In this document: positions 1-9,401 of the stretch, piece by piece
Position numbering within the stretch: the stretch's first letter is position 1
Layout: every line of letters starts with the position of its first letter
IMG/VR virus record: IMGVR_UViG_3300033069_001366
Coordinates: 1 to 47,107 of that record
DNA length: 47,107 nucleotides
Source: a virus
Taxonomy: Duplodnaviria > Heunggongvirae > Uroviricota > Caudoviricetes
Reading direction: 5' to 3' (one strand)
Made by a program: the position numbers and the translations under genes
The notes under the pieces: generated by a model
The model's database searches: none
Seen by the model: the letters and a program-made list of their open reading frames with translations, nothing else
Told to the model about the DNA's origin: nothing

Positions 1-2
1 CT

Positions 3-98
3 GGAAAATTATATAAAGGGTTGTACTTTAGATATACAGATTTTCCAAATCTGAGATCTACAAGTGATGAACCTTTTATAACCATAAGTTCACCTTAA
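3..98 (+). CDS. C-terminal fragment of an intron-borne ORF, probably a homing endonuclease with a NUMOD1-like tail
   Basis: Open from the window edge: GKLYKGLYFRYTDFPNLRSTSDEPFITISSP*, with TAA at 96-98 just before intron P3. GKLYKGxYFxY resembles the ends of NUMOD1/HTH domains of HNH and GIY-YIG endonucleases. Confidence 0.45.
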   Translation, partial: GKLYKGLYFRYTDFPNLRSTSDEPFITISSP

Positions 99-223
99 AT
101 TCCGTTAAACGGGGAAACTCCATAGTGAAATGGACAATCCCGTGCTAAATTGAATAGGAATATTCATAAATGCCTAACGACTAGTAAAATCATATTTTAG
201 TACATCAGTAAATAATTACAAAG

Positions 224-904
224 ATGGAAGAATTGAATAAAGAGCAAATTTTAGTTTTAAATCTTTGTTTAGGAGATGGACATTTAAAAAAAGATTACAC
301 AATTTCTTTTGTACACTCTCCTAAGCAGTTGGATTATCTTAATTACAAAAAAGAACTATTAGAAAAAACAGAGTCGTTTAAACGAGCAACTGGAAAAAAG
401 ACAATTGGGATTAAATCCTATATTACAAATTTTGAAGGTAAATCGTTTTTACAATATAGGTACTCTCTTACTAAGGTAAGTATTGTAAAACCTGTTTATA
501 ATCTATTAGTAAAAAATGGTAAAAAGACAATCTCAGAGAATATAATTAAATACTTCAATTTACAAACATTAGTCTTTTTGATGTTTGATGATGGAGGAGA
601 AGTACGAGCCAAAAAAAGAAGGTATTCAATTAAAAGGAATATTGAATATATTTATAATGAACCACCTTCTTACAGGCTTAACACTCACTCTTTCTCAAGA
701 GAAGAAAATGTGTTAATCATTCAATGGTTAAAAGATATGTTCCAAATTGAAGGAAAATTGTATTTAAATAAAGAAAGGTTTATTATTAGATTTAATTCTA
801 AGGAAAGTTTGAAAATTTGGAATCTTATTAAAAGTGAAGTTTCCAAAATTGATAGTATGAAAATCAAATTTTCTTGGAGTATTCAAAAATATGGTTTGCA
901 GTGA
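224..904 (+). CDS. Intron-encoded LAGLIDADG homing endonuclease
   Basis: Two degenerate LAGLIDADG helices (LNLCLGDGHL; LVFLMFDDGG), then LNTHSFSREEN..LIIQWL. Located between intron R and P3'/S elements. Confidence 0.88.
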   Translation: MEELNKEQILVLNLCLGDGHLKKDYTISFVHSPKQLDYLNYKKELLEKTESFKRATGKKTIGIKSYITNFEGKSFLQYRYSLTKVSIVKPVYNLLVKNGKKTISENIIKYFNLQTLVFLMFDDGGEVRAKKRRYSIKRNIEYIYNEPPSYRLNTHSFSREENVLIIQWLKDMFQIEGKLYLNKERFIIRFNSKESLKIWNLIKSEVSKIDSMKIKFSWSIQKYGLQ

Positions 905-1028
905 GTCCAAAAAGGACAATAATTCTACCACGAAAGCGGGACACAGAAATGTGAAGAGATAGTCTAAACTGTAGATATAGATAAAACTACAGAGCTGAGG
1001 ATAAAGAGCCTCAGGTTAATACAAATTG

Positions 1029-1861
1029 ATTATGGTAAACTTGGTCAACCAGGATCTTTTCTTGAATATCCAGAAGGTCTATTAAAAGTTTGTATAGGTA
1101 ATCAAATTGAGATTCTTATGCTTATCGAAATGATGGAAATGAATGGTATTCAGGTAGTTAGTGGGAATACTGATGGTATTGTTTGTATGTTTCCTAAAGA
1201 GAAAGAAGAAACTTACAATAGATTATGTATAGAATGGGAGAACAAAGTTGGTAACCACGATATGGGAAAACTTGAGTATACTGATTTTAAATCTTTGTAT
1301 CAAGAAGGTGTAAACTCATATCTGGGTATCAAAATAGATGGTTCTGTAAAGAAGAAAGGTAGGTTTGTTACTGAATTTGAACTTAATAAAAACAAGAGTG
1401 GTAGAATTGTACAGATAGCTTGTGAAAAATACTTTGCAGAAGGTATTGATCCTGAGATATTTATTAAGAATCACAAGAATATATTTGATTTCTGTATAGC
1501 TAAAAAAGCTGTTGGAAAAATGTATTATGAAGAGATTCTTAGTGAAACAGAAGTAAAAAAACATAAAAAACTAGTAAGATACTATATTTCTGAAAATGGA
1601 AATGTTTTTAAGAAAAGAGGTACTAACTCTAAAGATGATGAAGTAGATGCTTATTGTGAAGCATCTCATAAAGATTTCTTTTGGTTAGGAGAACCTAAAC
1701 TTACTTACTTTAATCAGGCTTACAAATCTGATAATTACAATATAGATTATAAATTCTATATAGTTGATGCTCTTGAAAGAATTGATAAAATAGAAAAAAC
1801 AAAAAAAGCGAAAAATTATGCGGAAAGTTTTAAACAACGTACTCAAGGTAGTCTTTTTTAG
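1029..1861 (+). CDS. polB: Family B DNA polymerase, 3' exon; begins upstream of the called ATG 1118
   Basis: Frame is open from 1031: YGKLGQPGSFLEYPEGLLKVCIGNQIEILM...GNTDGIVC...NSYLG...KKKG. These are PolB region III (YG) and region I (NTDG). Confidence 0.9.
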
Positions 1862-1952
1862 TCTAATCTTGTATTCTTGTAGGACTACTACAGTTACTAC
1901 AGGTCATGGTAAACATAAGAAAACAGTTACAAAAACTAAATTCATATTTTAA
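1818..1952 (+). CDS. Small putative lipoprotein (44 aa), absent from the ORF track
   Basis: MRKVLNNVLKVVFFSLILYS-C-RTTTVTTGHGKHKKTVTKTKFIF*: basic N-region, hydrophobic core and lipobox LYSC. Stop overlaps the next ATG (TAATG at 1950-1954). Confidence 0.6.
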   Translation: MRKVLNNVLKVVFFSLILYSCRTTTVTTGHGKHKKTVTKTKFIF

Positions 1953-2275
1953 TGAACTATCCAGTAAATATAACATTAACAAAGTTAAAAACTTTAAAAG
2001 ATGCTCCTTATCCTCAAGAAGATAAGTATCCAAGTCAAAGTACTGTTATAAAAGGATTAATGTTTGAACATACTATTCCTGAAATAGGTAGATCTTTTAG
2101 TGTACATATCTCTAAACTTGCTTTTATTTTTCATACTTCTATAATAACAAGAATTAAAAAAGTTAGTGATAATGAGATGATATTAACAACCTTAAACAGT
2201 AAATATAAACTAGAAATCAATGAAGAAACATCCTGGCCGATGAGGTTGTCTTCCAGTTCCGCCACCTATCTATAA
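1952..2275 (+). CDS. Hypothetical protein
   Basis: 107-aa ORF coupled to the previous stop; no recognised family. Confidence 0.6.
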   Translation: MNYPVNITLTKLKTLKDAPYPQEDKYPSQSTVIKGLMFEHTIPEIGRSFSVHISKLAFIFHTSIITRIKKVSDNEMILTTLNSKYKLEINEETSWPMRLSSSSATYL

Positions 2276-2334
2276 AGATGGACAGTTCTACAATCAAACA
2301 ACATTTAAAGAAATAAGAGAAAAAATCAAATTTT

Positions 2335-2514
2335 ATGCAACTAGCGACAATTTACAAAGTAGTAGGATTTAAAACAAACAAGGCAGAAAGAGTTACAGTA
2401 AGTGGTATTGGTCAGGAACCAATTACATATTTAAGAAAAGAATATCCAAAATTTACTAAGTTTATTTTGGAAGGCTTTTCAATAAATGGTAAATTTGTAA
2501 GGGCTAAGATATGA
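2335..2514 (+). CDS. Hypothetical 59-aa protein (below ORF-track cutoff)
   Basis: MQLATIYKVVGFKTNKAERVTVSGIGQEPITYLRKEYPKFTKFILEGFSINGKFVRAKI*; ATGA overlap with ORF 2511. Confidence 0.65.
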   Translation: MQLATIYKVVGFKTNKAERVTVSGIGQEPITYLRKEYPKFTKFILEGFSINGKFVRAKI

Positions 2515-3089
2515 TAACAAATGAAAAATATGACGAAGTACTTGATAGTGGTCTTTTATTAGACCACTATTTTGTACTTGACTATATTTGTAAAGGAATA
2601 CCTCTTTCCAAGAATAAAAGGATTCAAGGTTTTATAAATCTATTAAGTAAAAAAGGTTATTTAGAAGAAGGTAAGCCTACTAAGAAGGCAGAAAGGTTAG
2701 TTGGTAAAGTTCAGATTATGATAAAAACAGGAGATATTTCTGTTTTTTCTAAAGAATTACATCAAAAATGTAAGGATAAACTTGAAAAATTAACTGGAAA
2801 ACCTCAGGTTATTGACAAGATTAATAATAAACCTTACTCTTTTTTACCCAATGCTGTTGATTTACAAAGAACCTTAGTAAGATTTGTTAAAGAATATAAG
2901 GTATATGACTTTGAAAAAATTGAAAAAGCTATTCTTTCCTACATAGAAAGATGCAATGACGCAAGATCATGGTTTCCTGTTTTACAATACTATATTATGA
3001 AAAATAGCCAGTCTCCACTAATGACTGATATTGAATCTGATAATAATCAGGAACCTGTAAACTTTAAAAGTTCACAACAATTATTATGA
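2511..3089 (+). CDS. Hypothetical replication-associated protein (possible helicase partner)
   Basis: 192 aa with ATGA overlap to the helicase gene; function inferred from position only. Confidence 0.5.
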   Translation: MITNEKYDEVLDSGLLLDHYFVLDYICKGIPLSKNKRIQGFINLLSKKGYLEEGKPTKKAERLVGKVQIMIKTGDISVFSKELHQKCKDKLEKLTGKPQVIDKINNKPYSFLPNAVDLQRTLVRFVKEYKVYDFEKIEKAILSYIERCNDARSWFPVLQYYIMKNSQSPLMTDIESDNNQEPVNFKSSQQLL

Positions 3090-5023
3090 GTAAATTTAAA
3101 ACAATCCATGAGGCGATTGATGAAACTTTGCAGTATGCAAAAGGTAGAATGGAAGGAAGCATCACATCTCTTAAAACTGGTTTCCCAAAACTAGATAAAG
3201 CAATGATTGATGGGATTGAATGGAATTCTACTATTACTATTGGAGGTAGACCTTCTGTAGGTAAATGTCTTGGAAAAGGTACTTCTATTATAATGTTTGA
3301 TGGAAGTATAAAAAAAGTCGAAGATGTAAAAATAGGAGATCTTTTAATGAGTCCATACTCAACTCCAGTCAAAGTAATTTCTACTATAAAAGGAAAAGAT
3401 CAGATGTATAAAGTAGAACAATTAAGAGGGGTTACATATAGAGTTAATAGTTCGCACATTCTTTCTCTGAAAAGAGGAAAAACTGAAAAAAAACAGAAAC
3501 ATGGTAAAATAAAAAATATATCAGTTGAAGATTATATAAAACTTTCTGAATCTACTAAAATTAAATGGAAAGGATATATATCAGATTTTATAGAATTTCC
3601 TGAAGTAAATCTTGTTATTGATCCTTATATGGTAGGATTATGGTTAGGAGATGGGACTTCTTGTAAAACTGCAATTACAACAATAGATTCAGAAATAATT
3701 TCTTTTATTGAAAGTTTTTCAGTTGATAATAACTTAAAAGTTAGAAAAGAGGGAAAGTATGGGTATATTATGAAAGGTAAAGAATGTAAAAAAAATAAAT
3801 TTTTAGAATTTTTAAGAAATGAAGATATGTTTTGTAACAAACATATTCCAAAAAAATATATTCTAAATTCTAGAAAAAATAGATTGTCTTTACTTGCTGG
3901 ATTAATTGATAGTGATGGTTATATAAATAATAGTTCTACAATTGAAATTACATTAAAACAAGAAACTATTATAAAAGATCTATCTTTTTTGTGTAATAGT
4001 TTAGGTTTTAGAACTTCTATAAAAACAAAAAAAGGAACTTTTAAAAGAAAAGATGGAACAATATTTTCTAATACATATTACAGATTAATGATAAGTGGAG
4101 ATTTATCAATTATACCACTTAAAATAAAAAGAAAAAAAGAAAAACTAAGAAATTCTAGCAGAAATTCTAAAATGACAAAAATTAGTGTTATAAAAGATAC
4201 ATATGATGAATATTTTGGTTTTGAGTTAGAAGGAGGAAATCTTTTCTTGTTAGAGGATTTTACTGTTACTCATAATAGTGCAGTTAGTGACTGTATTATT
4301 GATGGTTGTTTTGCAAGTAATGATATAGATGATTTCCACTTACTTGATTTTAACTGGGAATTATCATCAAGAGTAATTCTCTTAAGAAGACTCTCTGCAA
4401 AACTTAAAAAGTCATATAAACACATTATTTCTGCAGAAAAGAATAAACTTACAAAAGAAGAGTACCTTGAAATAGTTCAGTATTTAACGGAATATTATGG
4501 TAATCTTCCAATTACATATTGTGAAGAACCTTTAAGTGTAAGAGAGTTTTCTGATACAGTAGAAAGATTCTATAGAGAAGTAAAAAAGAAGCTTCTTGTA
4601 AGAATTGATCATACTTTATTAACAAAAATGACAGCTAATGATGGAGGACAAGTCCAAATGTTACTGAACCTATTAATGGCTGCAAATACACTTAAAAAGA
4701 AATACCCTATAATATTCCTATTTCTGACTCAAATAAATAGAGAGTTTGAAGATAGACAGATGGATGGAACAGATGGAGCTTTTCCAAGACAAGGTGATGT
4801 TTATGGTGGAGATGCTGCAGCTATGTTTAGTGAGACTATTATATTACTTAATAAGCCGTCTAAATACGGTATAAGACAGTATGGTAGAAGAGGTGGAGCT
4901 ATTAGTCTACCTATTGAAGATAATGATTTATTTGCACATGTAGTTAAGAATAGAAACTCTCAACCAGATTTAATACTGCATTATAAAGAAGATTTTAAAA
5001 ACATGACAATTAAAGAATACTAA
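3086..5023 (+). CDS. dnaB: DnaB-like (SF4) replicative helicase containing an intein; 308 aa after splicing
   Basis: TGFPKLD, Walker A GGRPSVGK|S, Walker B IDH, QINRE, KNRN motifs. Confidence 0.88.
   Translation: MSKFKTIHEAIDETLQYAKGRMEGSITSLKTGFPKLDKAMIDGIEWNSTITIGGRPSVGKCLGKGTSIIMFDGSIKKVEDVKIGDLLMSPYSTPVKVISTIKGKDQMYKVEQLRGVTYRVNSSHILSLKRGKTEKKQKHGKIKNISVEDYIKLSESTKIKWKGYISDFIEFPEVNLVIDPYMVGLWLGDGTSCKTAITTIDSEIISFIESFSVDNNLKVRKEGKYGYIMKGKECKKNKFLEFLRNEDMFCNKHIPKKYILNSRKNRLSLLAGLIDSDGYINNSSTIEITLKQETIIKDLSFLCNSLGFRTSIKTKKGTFKRKDGTIFSNTYYRLMISGDLSIIPLKIKRKKEKLRNSSRNSKMTKISVIKDTYDEYFGFELEGGNLFLLEDFTVTHNSAVSDCIIDGCFASNDIDDFHLLDFNWELSSRVILLRRLSAKLKKSYKHIISAEKNKLTKEEYLEIVQYLTEYYGNLPITYCEEPLSVREFSDTVERFYREVKKKLLVRIDHTLLTKMTANDGGQVQMLLNLLMAANTLKKKYPIIFLFLTQINREFEDRQMDGTDGAFPRQGDVYGGDAAAMFSETIILLNKPSKYGIRQYGRRGGAISLPIEDNDLFAHVVKNRNSQPDLILHYKEDFKNMTIKEY
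3266..4276 (+). mobile_element. Intein (337 aa) with LAGLIDADG endonuclease, inserted in the helicase P-loop
   Basis: Begins CLGKGT right after GK; ends VTHN followed by Ser (+1). Internal MVGLWLGDG and LLAGLIDSDG motifs. Confidence 0.95.
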
Positions 5024-5205
5024 TGATGAAAATATTACCACTTCCTATAATGGGTTGTGCCAGCTTTTTTACAGCTACTATAGTAAAGTCTATATTTTTT
5101 ATGATGTTTTTTAAAGCACTTGCTTTTATTTGCTTAATTACATTTATTGTTGAAATTTTAATATTATGGATAAACAGGAAACAATACAAAAACTCAAAGA
5201 ATTAG
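5023..5205 (+). CDS. Small membrane protein
   Basis: 60 aa, strongly hydrophobic with a basic C-terminus; TAATG overlap with helicase. Confidence 0.55.
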   Translation: MMKILPLPIMGCASFFTATIVKSIFFMMFFKALAFICLITFIVEILILWINRKQYKNSKN

Positions 5206-5579
5206 GTATAGACACAAAGAATGTTTATAATAAAAAGACATTCTTAGACCAAGGAATTGTCGTAGTTGCCATGTTTGAAAGTGAGGTAAAAGAAGACTTT
5301 TTCTTTTGGAATGAAAGAGATTCAAAAATCTATAAGCTTCCTTCTGTAAAGAATATAAAGAAATACACTTTTGAAGCAGCAACAAATAAGTATCTTATCA
5401 CAAATAAGTATCTTATCCCTTTAACTGAATTTACAGTATTTTGGGAAGATAAACCTTATGAAGAACACCCTGACAAACCTTTTAGTCAAATGACTTTGAG
5501 AGAATACGCATGTATTCACTTAAAAGTAGCTGAATCAGGATGTGCTTGGTTAGATGTTTTAATTAAAAATTCAAAATGA
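5166..5579 (+). CDS. Hypothetical protein
   Basis: 137-aa ORF; ATGA overlap with the next gene. Confidence 0.65.
   Translation: MDKQETIQKLKELGIDTKNVYNKKTFLDQGIVVVAMFESEVKEDFFFWNERDSKIYKLPSVKNIKKYTFEAATNKYLITNKYLIPLTEFTVFWEDKPYEEHPDKPFSQMTLREYACIHLKVAESGCAWLDVLIKNSK
5382..5417 (+). repeat. Perfect 18-bp tandem duplication, in frame (TNKYLI x2)
   Basis: ACAAATAAGTATCTTATC at 5382-5399 and 5400-5417. Confidence 0.95.
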
Positions 5580-6658
5580 CATTAAGAGACAAGAGACAAG
5601 AAGAATTTGCTCAAGAATATGTTGATTCTAAGAAAAGTGGTATACTTTACTTATGTCCAAGATTTGGAAAAATTAGAACCTCTCTTCTTATAATAGAGAA
5701 GTTAAAACCAAGAAGTGTACTTATAGCTTATCCTGATAAAAATATTCAGGAATCTTGGGAAAATGATTTTAATTTCTTTGGAAAGCCTGAATGTGATATA
5801 GAATGGACTACTCATAGAAGTATAGAGAAAAGAGTTAAGGAAAGTTTTGATCTTATTATAATAGATGAGATTCATTTACTATCTGATAATCAAATATATA
5901 ACTCAAGAAAACTTAATGGTAGGATTTTAGGTTTAACAGGAACAATGTCAGCTTTTACAGAGAAATGGCTTAAAACACAACTTAAGTTAGACGTTATAAG
6001 TAGATACCCTATTCAACAAGCTATAGATGAGAAAGTAATTACTGATTACCAAATTACAGTTGTTCACTGCAAACTTGATACACAAATAAAGAAAGCTACA
6101 TCAAAAGGTCTCAGAACTGAGAAAGTTATGTTTGATGCACTTGGTTATGTAGTTAATACTCTTACTCAGGAAGGGAAAGATAGTATGTTTTTAAGACTTA
6201 AAAGAGCAGCTATAATTCAAAGAAGTATTGGAAAGAAAAATACTACTAAAAAACTTCTTGACAAGTTTAAAGATGAAAGAATTCTTGTTTTTTGTGGTCT
6301 CACTGAAATTGCTGATGATTTAGGAATTTTATCTTATCATAATAAGGTAAAAGAAAAAAATGTCCTTTCTGATTTTGCAGAAGGAAAAGGTTCGAAATTA
6401 GCTGTAGTTAAACTTGGTAATACAGGGATTACTTACAAACCTTTGAATAAGGTAATAATTAATTACACTGACTCAAACTCTGAAAATATAACCCAAAAAA
6501 TACTCAGAGCTATGGCTGTAGAATATGACAATTTAGAGAAAAAAGCAGACATATGGATAGTATGTTCTGATGAAGAAGTTGAGAAAGAATGGCTTAATAA
6601 AGCATTAGAATTTTTTGATAAAAATAAGATAAAATACTTGTCAGATAAAGATATTTGA
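5576..6658 (+). CDS. Superfamily 2 (DExH) helicase
   Basis: CPRFGKI (motif I), IIIDEIH (motif II), GLTGT (motif III), C-terminal RecA-like lobe. Confidence 0.85.
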   Translation: MTLRDKRQEEFAQEYVDSKKSGILYLCPRFGKIRTSLLIIEKLKPRSVLIAYPDKNIQESWENDFNFFGKPECDIEWTTHRSIEKRVKESFDLIIIDEIHLLSDNQIYNSRKLNGRILGLTGTMSAFTEKWLKTQLKLDVISRYPIQQAIDEKVITDYQITVVHCKLDTQIKKATSKGLRTEKVMFDALGYVVNTLTQEGKDSMFLRLKRAAIIQRSIGKKNTTKKLLDKFKDERILVFCGLTEIADDLGILSYHNKVKEKNVLSDFAEGKGSKLAVVKLGNTGITYKPLNKVIINYTDSNSENITQKILRAMAVEYDNLEKKADIWIVCSDEEVEKEWLNKALEFFDKNKIKYLSDKDI

Positions 6659-6687
6659 CGTATCTTTACAGACTAAAAAAATTAATT

Positions 6688-7476
6688 ATGCAAGAAAAAA
6701 TTATCTATCCTAGTAAGCCTCATGAACCAAAAGTAAACATGGAAAGTTGTATCCTATTTGGTCGAGAGAAGTGTGGAAAAAGTACGTTTCTCTCACAATT
6801 AGAGAATGCTCTATTTGTTGATACTGAATATGGTGCAAACCACTTACCTGTAAAAGCAATTCAACCACCATCAGATAAAGGTCCTGTTGGAAAGATGCAA
6901 TGGTTAAAAGCATTAGGTCAACAACTTATTGATGATGGTAAACCATTTGATTATGTGATTATAGATACTTTAAGTGAAGTAAATGAGTGGTCCGAGTGGT
7001 CTGGTACTTATAAGTACATGAATTCAGTTCAAGGTAAGTCTTTTAATAGAGTAAAAGATAAAAATGGAAATCCTATCAAGGATGGTCAAATGTTAACTCC
7101 TGATGATCCTGATTATCAATCAGTTCATTCTATTCCTGAAGGATATGGTTATAGATGGTCAAGAGATGAGATGATTGATATATTCAATCTATTCTTAAAA
7201 GTTGCAAAGAAATGTGTTATATTTGTTTGTCATGTTGAAGACAAATATATAGCTCAAAAAGAAGTAACTGATACAGTTGCTCCAAAACAATTAGCTCTTA
7301 CAGGAAAAGTAAGAGAGATTTTTCCTAGAAAGGTAGATGCAATAGGTTATATCTATAATGAAAAAGGTACTCTTAAAATCAATTTTACTGGTTCTGAAGA
7401 AAGAGTAGGTGGTACAAGAGCAAAACATCTTATTGGATATAATGATGTTGCAGATTGGTCAAAAATATTTATTTAA
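6688..7476 (+). CDS. Phage AAA/NTP-binding protein, Sak4-like; probable start 6688
   Basis: GREKCGKST Walker A, FVDTEYG, VIIDTLS, FVCHVE, VDAIGY; adjacent to a putative SSB. Confidence 0.7.
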   Translation: MQEKIIYPSKPHEPKVNMESCILFGREKCGKSTFLSQLENALFVDTEYGANHLPVKAIQPPSDKGPVGKMQWLKALGQQLIDDGKPFDYVIIDTLSEVNEWSEWSGTYKYMNSVQGKSFNRVKDKNGNPIKDGQMLTPDDPDYQSVHSIPEGYGYRWSRDEMIDIFNLFLKVAKKCVIFVCHVEDKYIAQKEVTDTVAPKQLALTGKVREIFPRKVDAIGYIYNEKGTLKINFTGSEERVGGTRAKHLIGYNDVADWSKIFI

Positions 7477-7495
7477 AAACTAAAAACTAAAATAT

Positions 7496-8353
7496 ATGAT
7501 AAAAGGTAATCAAAAAGTACAAACTGGTGGTGTTTCTAAAAAGTATGTAGGTTTTACTAAAGTAGAAGTAAAAGCTGTTAATCCAACAAGGTCTCAACTT
7601 AATGAACTATTAGGTATTGAAGATACTGATGATGATAAACCTCTGGACTACATAGGTGAAGACAGAGATGGTAATAAAAGAGTACGTCTAAGTTTCTGGA
7701 TGTATAGTGAAGCATTAGATAAGTATTTTAACTATTCTATAAATGTTACAGACAAAATAAGAAAAAGTAAAGATGAGCAAAAGACTCAATTTATTAATTC
7801 TGTCTGTATTACAGCATGGAGTGATGTTGAAGCAAACTTACCTGTTTGGTTTACAAAATTTACAGATAGACAGAAGAATGAGATTGGAGATAAAGAATTC
7901 CGTCCTGCATTATCAGGTGAAGAAGAATTAGGAACTCTATTAAGAGCATGGTTAGGTCGCCTTGATTGGAATGACCCTGATACAAATGCTATGATTGATA
8001 GCAAAGAATTCTTAAATGAGAACTTTAAAAGCTTACAAGAGCAGATTGGTGGTAATTATGATATGCCATTTATGGTATTACTTGGTGTAAGAACAGATGA
8101 TGAAGATAGTACTAAACAATACCAGACTGTTTGGAAGAATTTCCTTCCTGCAGGATTTGAAGGGTATATCAAAAGTATGAACTTTAAGTCTGATTATGCA
8201 AGAAAAACATGGGCTAGATTTACTGAAGATGTAGAAGGTGAATATGGGTTTACTTCCTCATATGAACTATGTGAAGCAAAAGAGTATGATCCAAATGAAG
8301 ATCCTTCTCAACATGTTCAGGAGACACCAACTCCATCCAATTCAAAGTATTAA
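7496..8353 (+). CDS. Putative single-stranded DNA-binding protein
   Basis: Lies between the Sak4-like ATPase and primase; beta-rich with an acidic C-terminal region, as in crAss-like gene order. Confidence 0.45.
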   Translation: MIKGNQKVQTGGVSKKYVGFTKVEVKAVNPTRSQLNELLGIEDTDDDKPLDYIGEDRDGNKRVRLSFWMYSEALDKYFNYSINVTDKIRKSKDEQKTQFINSVCITAWSDVEANLPVWFTKFTDRQKNEIGDKEFRPALSGEEELGTLLRAWLGRLDWNDPDTNAMIDSKEFLNENFKSLQEQIGGNYDMPFMVLLGVRTDDEDSTKQYQTVWKNFLPAGFEGYIKSMNFKSDYARKTWARFTEDVEGEYGFTSSYELCEAKEYDPNEDPSQHVQETPTPSNSKY

Positions 8354-8359
8354 CAATTA

Positions 8360-8393
8360 AAGTGCCCTAGACAAAACTAGGGCACTTCTTTTT
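8360..8393 (+). terminator. Intrinsic terminator
   Basis: AAGTGCCCTAG-ACAAAA-CTAGGGCACTT followed by CTTTTT. Confidence 0.85.
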
Positions 8394-9401
8394 ATGGTAA
8401 AAGGAAAAATAAAAAAAGAACTTCCATCAGTAGAAACTATTCTTAGTAGAACAACAAGAGGATATGATGTTTTTAAGTACTACCTTGGTAATGTAAGTAG
8501 AATTATGTCAAGACCTTGGGGAAGAAAAGAAAAGCATAACTCATGGGGATTATTTTACAAGAGTAATTGTTGGTTCTATAAAGACCAAGCTAATGAAGAA
8601 GTAGGTACATGTATTCACTTCGTACAAAAGTATTTTGGTCTAGATTATCCTGATGCTGTAAGAAAAATAGCTTGGGATTTTGGAATTGAACAAGGACAAA
8701 AAATCAACGCTACTCCTGTAAAGATAACCTGGGATAAACCAGATATAGAGAATGATTATTGTGATATTAATCCAATTACTAGTCGTTTTGAGCAAAGACA
8801 TCATTCTTTTTGGAATATTTTAGAAGTAAATGAGGATCATTGTAAGAAAATGAACTGTTTTGCTATAAAAAAGTTAGCTATCAAGAATAGAATAGTTCCT
8901 ATAAGGTCTACAGAAGCAGTATTTGGTTATTGGTGTGAAGAAGAAAAAGGTTGGAAGATTTACTTCCCTGATAGAGATAAATCTAAAAGATTTAAGAATA
9001 ATGTATCTGGTAGTTATTTATGGAATTATTCTAATATGAAGGAGTGTGATGACCTTATTGTACAAAAATCAAATAAGGACTTAATTGTCACTACAATGAT
9101 AACTCCTTGTGTAGTTGCTACCCAAAATGAGTCTGTTGGTATATTTGATACTGAAATGGTTAGAAAAATAAATAAGATAAGTAAATCACCTTGGATTTGG
9201 TATGGTTCTGACCCTGATGGTGTAACAAAATGTACTAAAATTACAGGTATGAATAAATGGAAGTATATAAATACCCCAAAGAATATGTTACCAGATGTAA
9301 ATGATGCAGCAGAATTTGTAAAATGGCATAATTTACAGAAAATGGGTACTGGTCTTCGAGAACTCGAAAATTTTATGAAATCTAAAAAACTAATAAAATG
9401 A
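8394..9401 (+). CDS. DnaG-like (Toprim) primase, crAss-type
   Basis: N-terminal ZBD-like region lacking most Cys/His ligands (..YKD..G.C..F..K.FGL.Y.DAV..I), KIYFP, KSNKD and GSDPDG Toprim motifs. Confidence 0.7.
   Translation: MVKGKIKKELPSVETILSRTTRGYDVFKYYLGNVSRIMSRPWGRKEKHNSWGLFYKSNCWFYKDQANEEVGTCIHFVQKYFGLDYPDAVRKIAWDFGIEQGQKINATPVKITWDKPDIENDYCDINPITSRFEQRHHSFWNILEVNEDHCKKMNCFAIKKLAIKNRIVPIRSTEAVFGYWCEEEKGWKIYFPDRDKSKRFKNNVSGSYLWNYSNMKECDDLIVQKSNKDLIVTTMITPCVVATQNESVGIFDTEMVRKINKISKSPWIWYGSDPDGVTKCTKITGMNKWKYINTPKNMLPDVNDAAEFVKWHNLQKMGTGLRELENFMKSKKLIK

Larger units (their letters stand above)
1..1028 (+). mobile_element. Group I intron (IA-like) interrupting the PolB gene; 5' end lies outside the window
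   Basis: P3 TTCCGT (~101) pairs with GCGGGA (~936). P7 GACTA (179-183) pairs with TAGTC in S element AAGAGATAGTCT (954-965). P8 CAC-AGAAAT-GTG. P9 hairpins CTGTAG..CTACAG and CTGAGG-ATAAAGAG-CCTCAG. Terminal TTG at 1026-1028 is followed by in-frame PolB YGKLG. Confidence 0.88.

Noticed and set aside
7470-7495. AAAAACT tandem and similar A-rich tracts before starts
   Set aside because: Ordinary Bacteroidota-type SD-independent initiation regions, not a repeat element.
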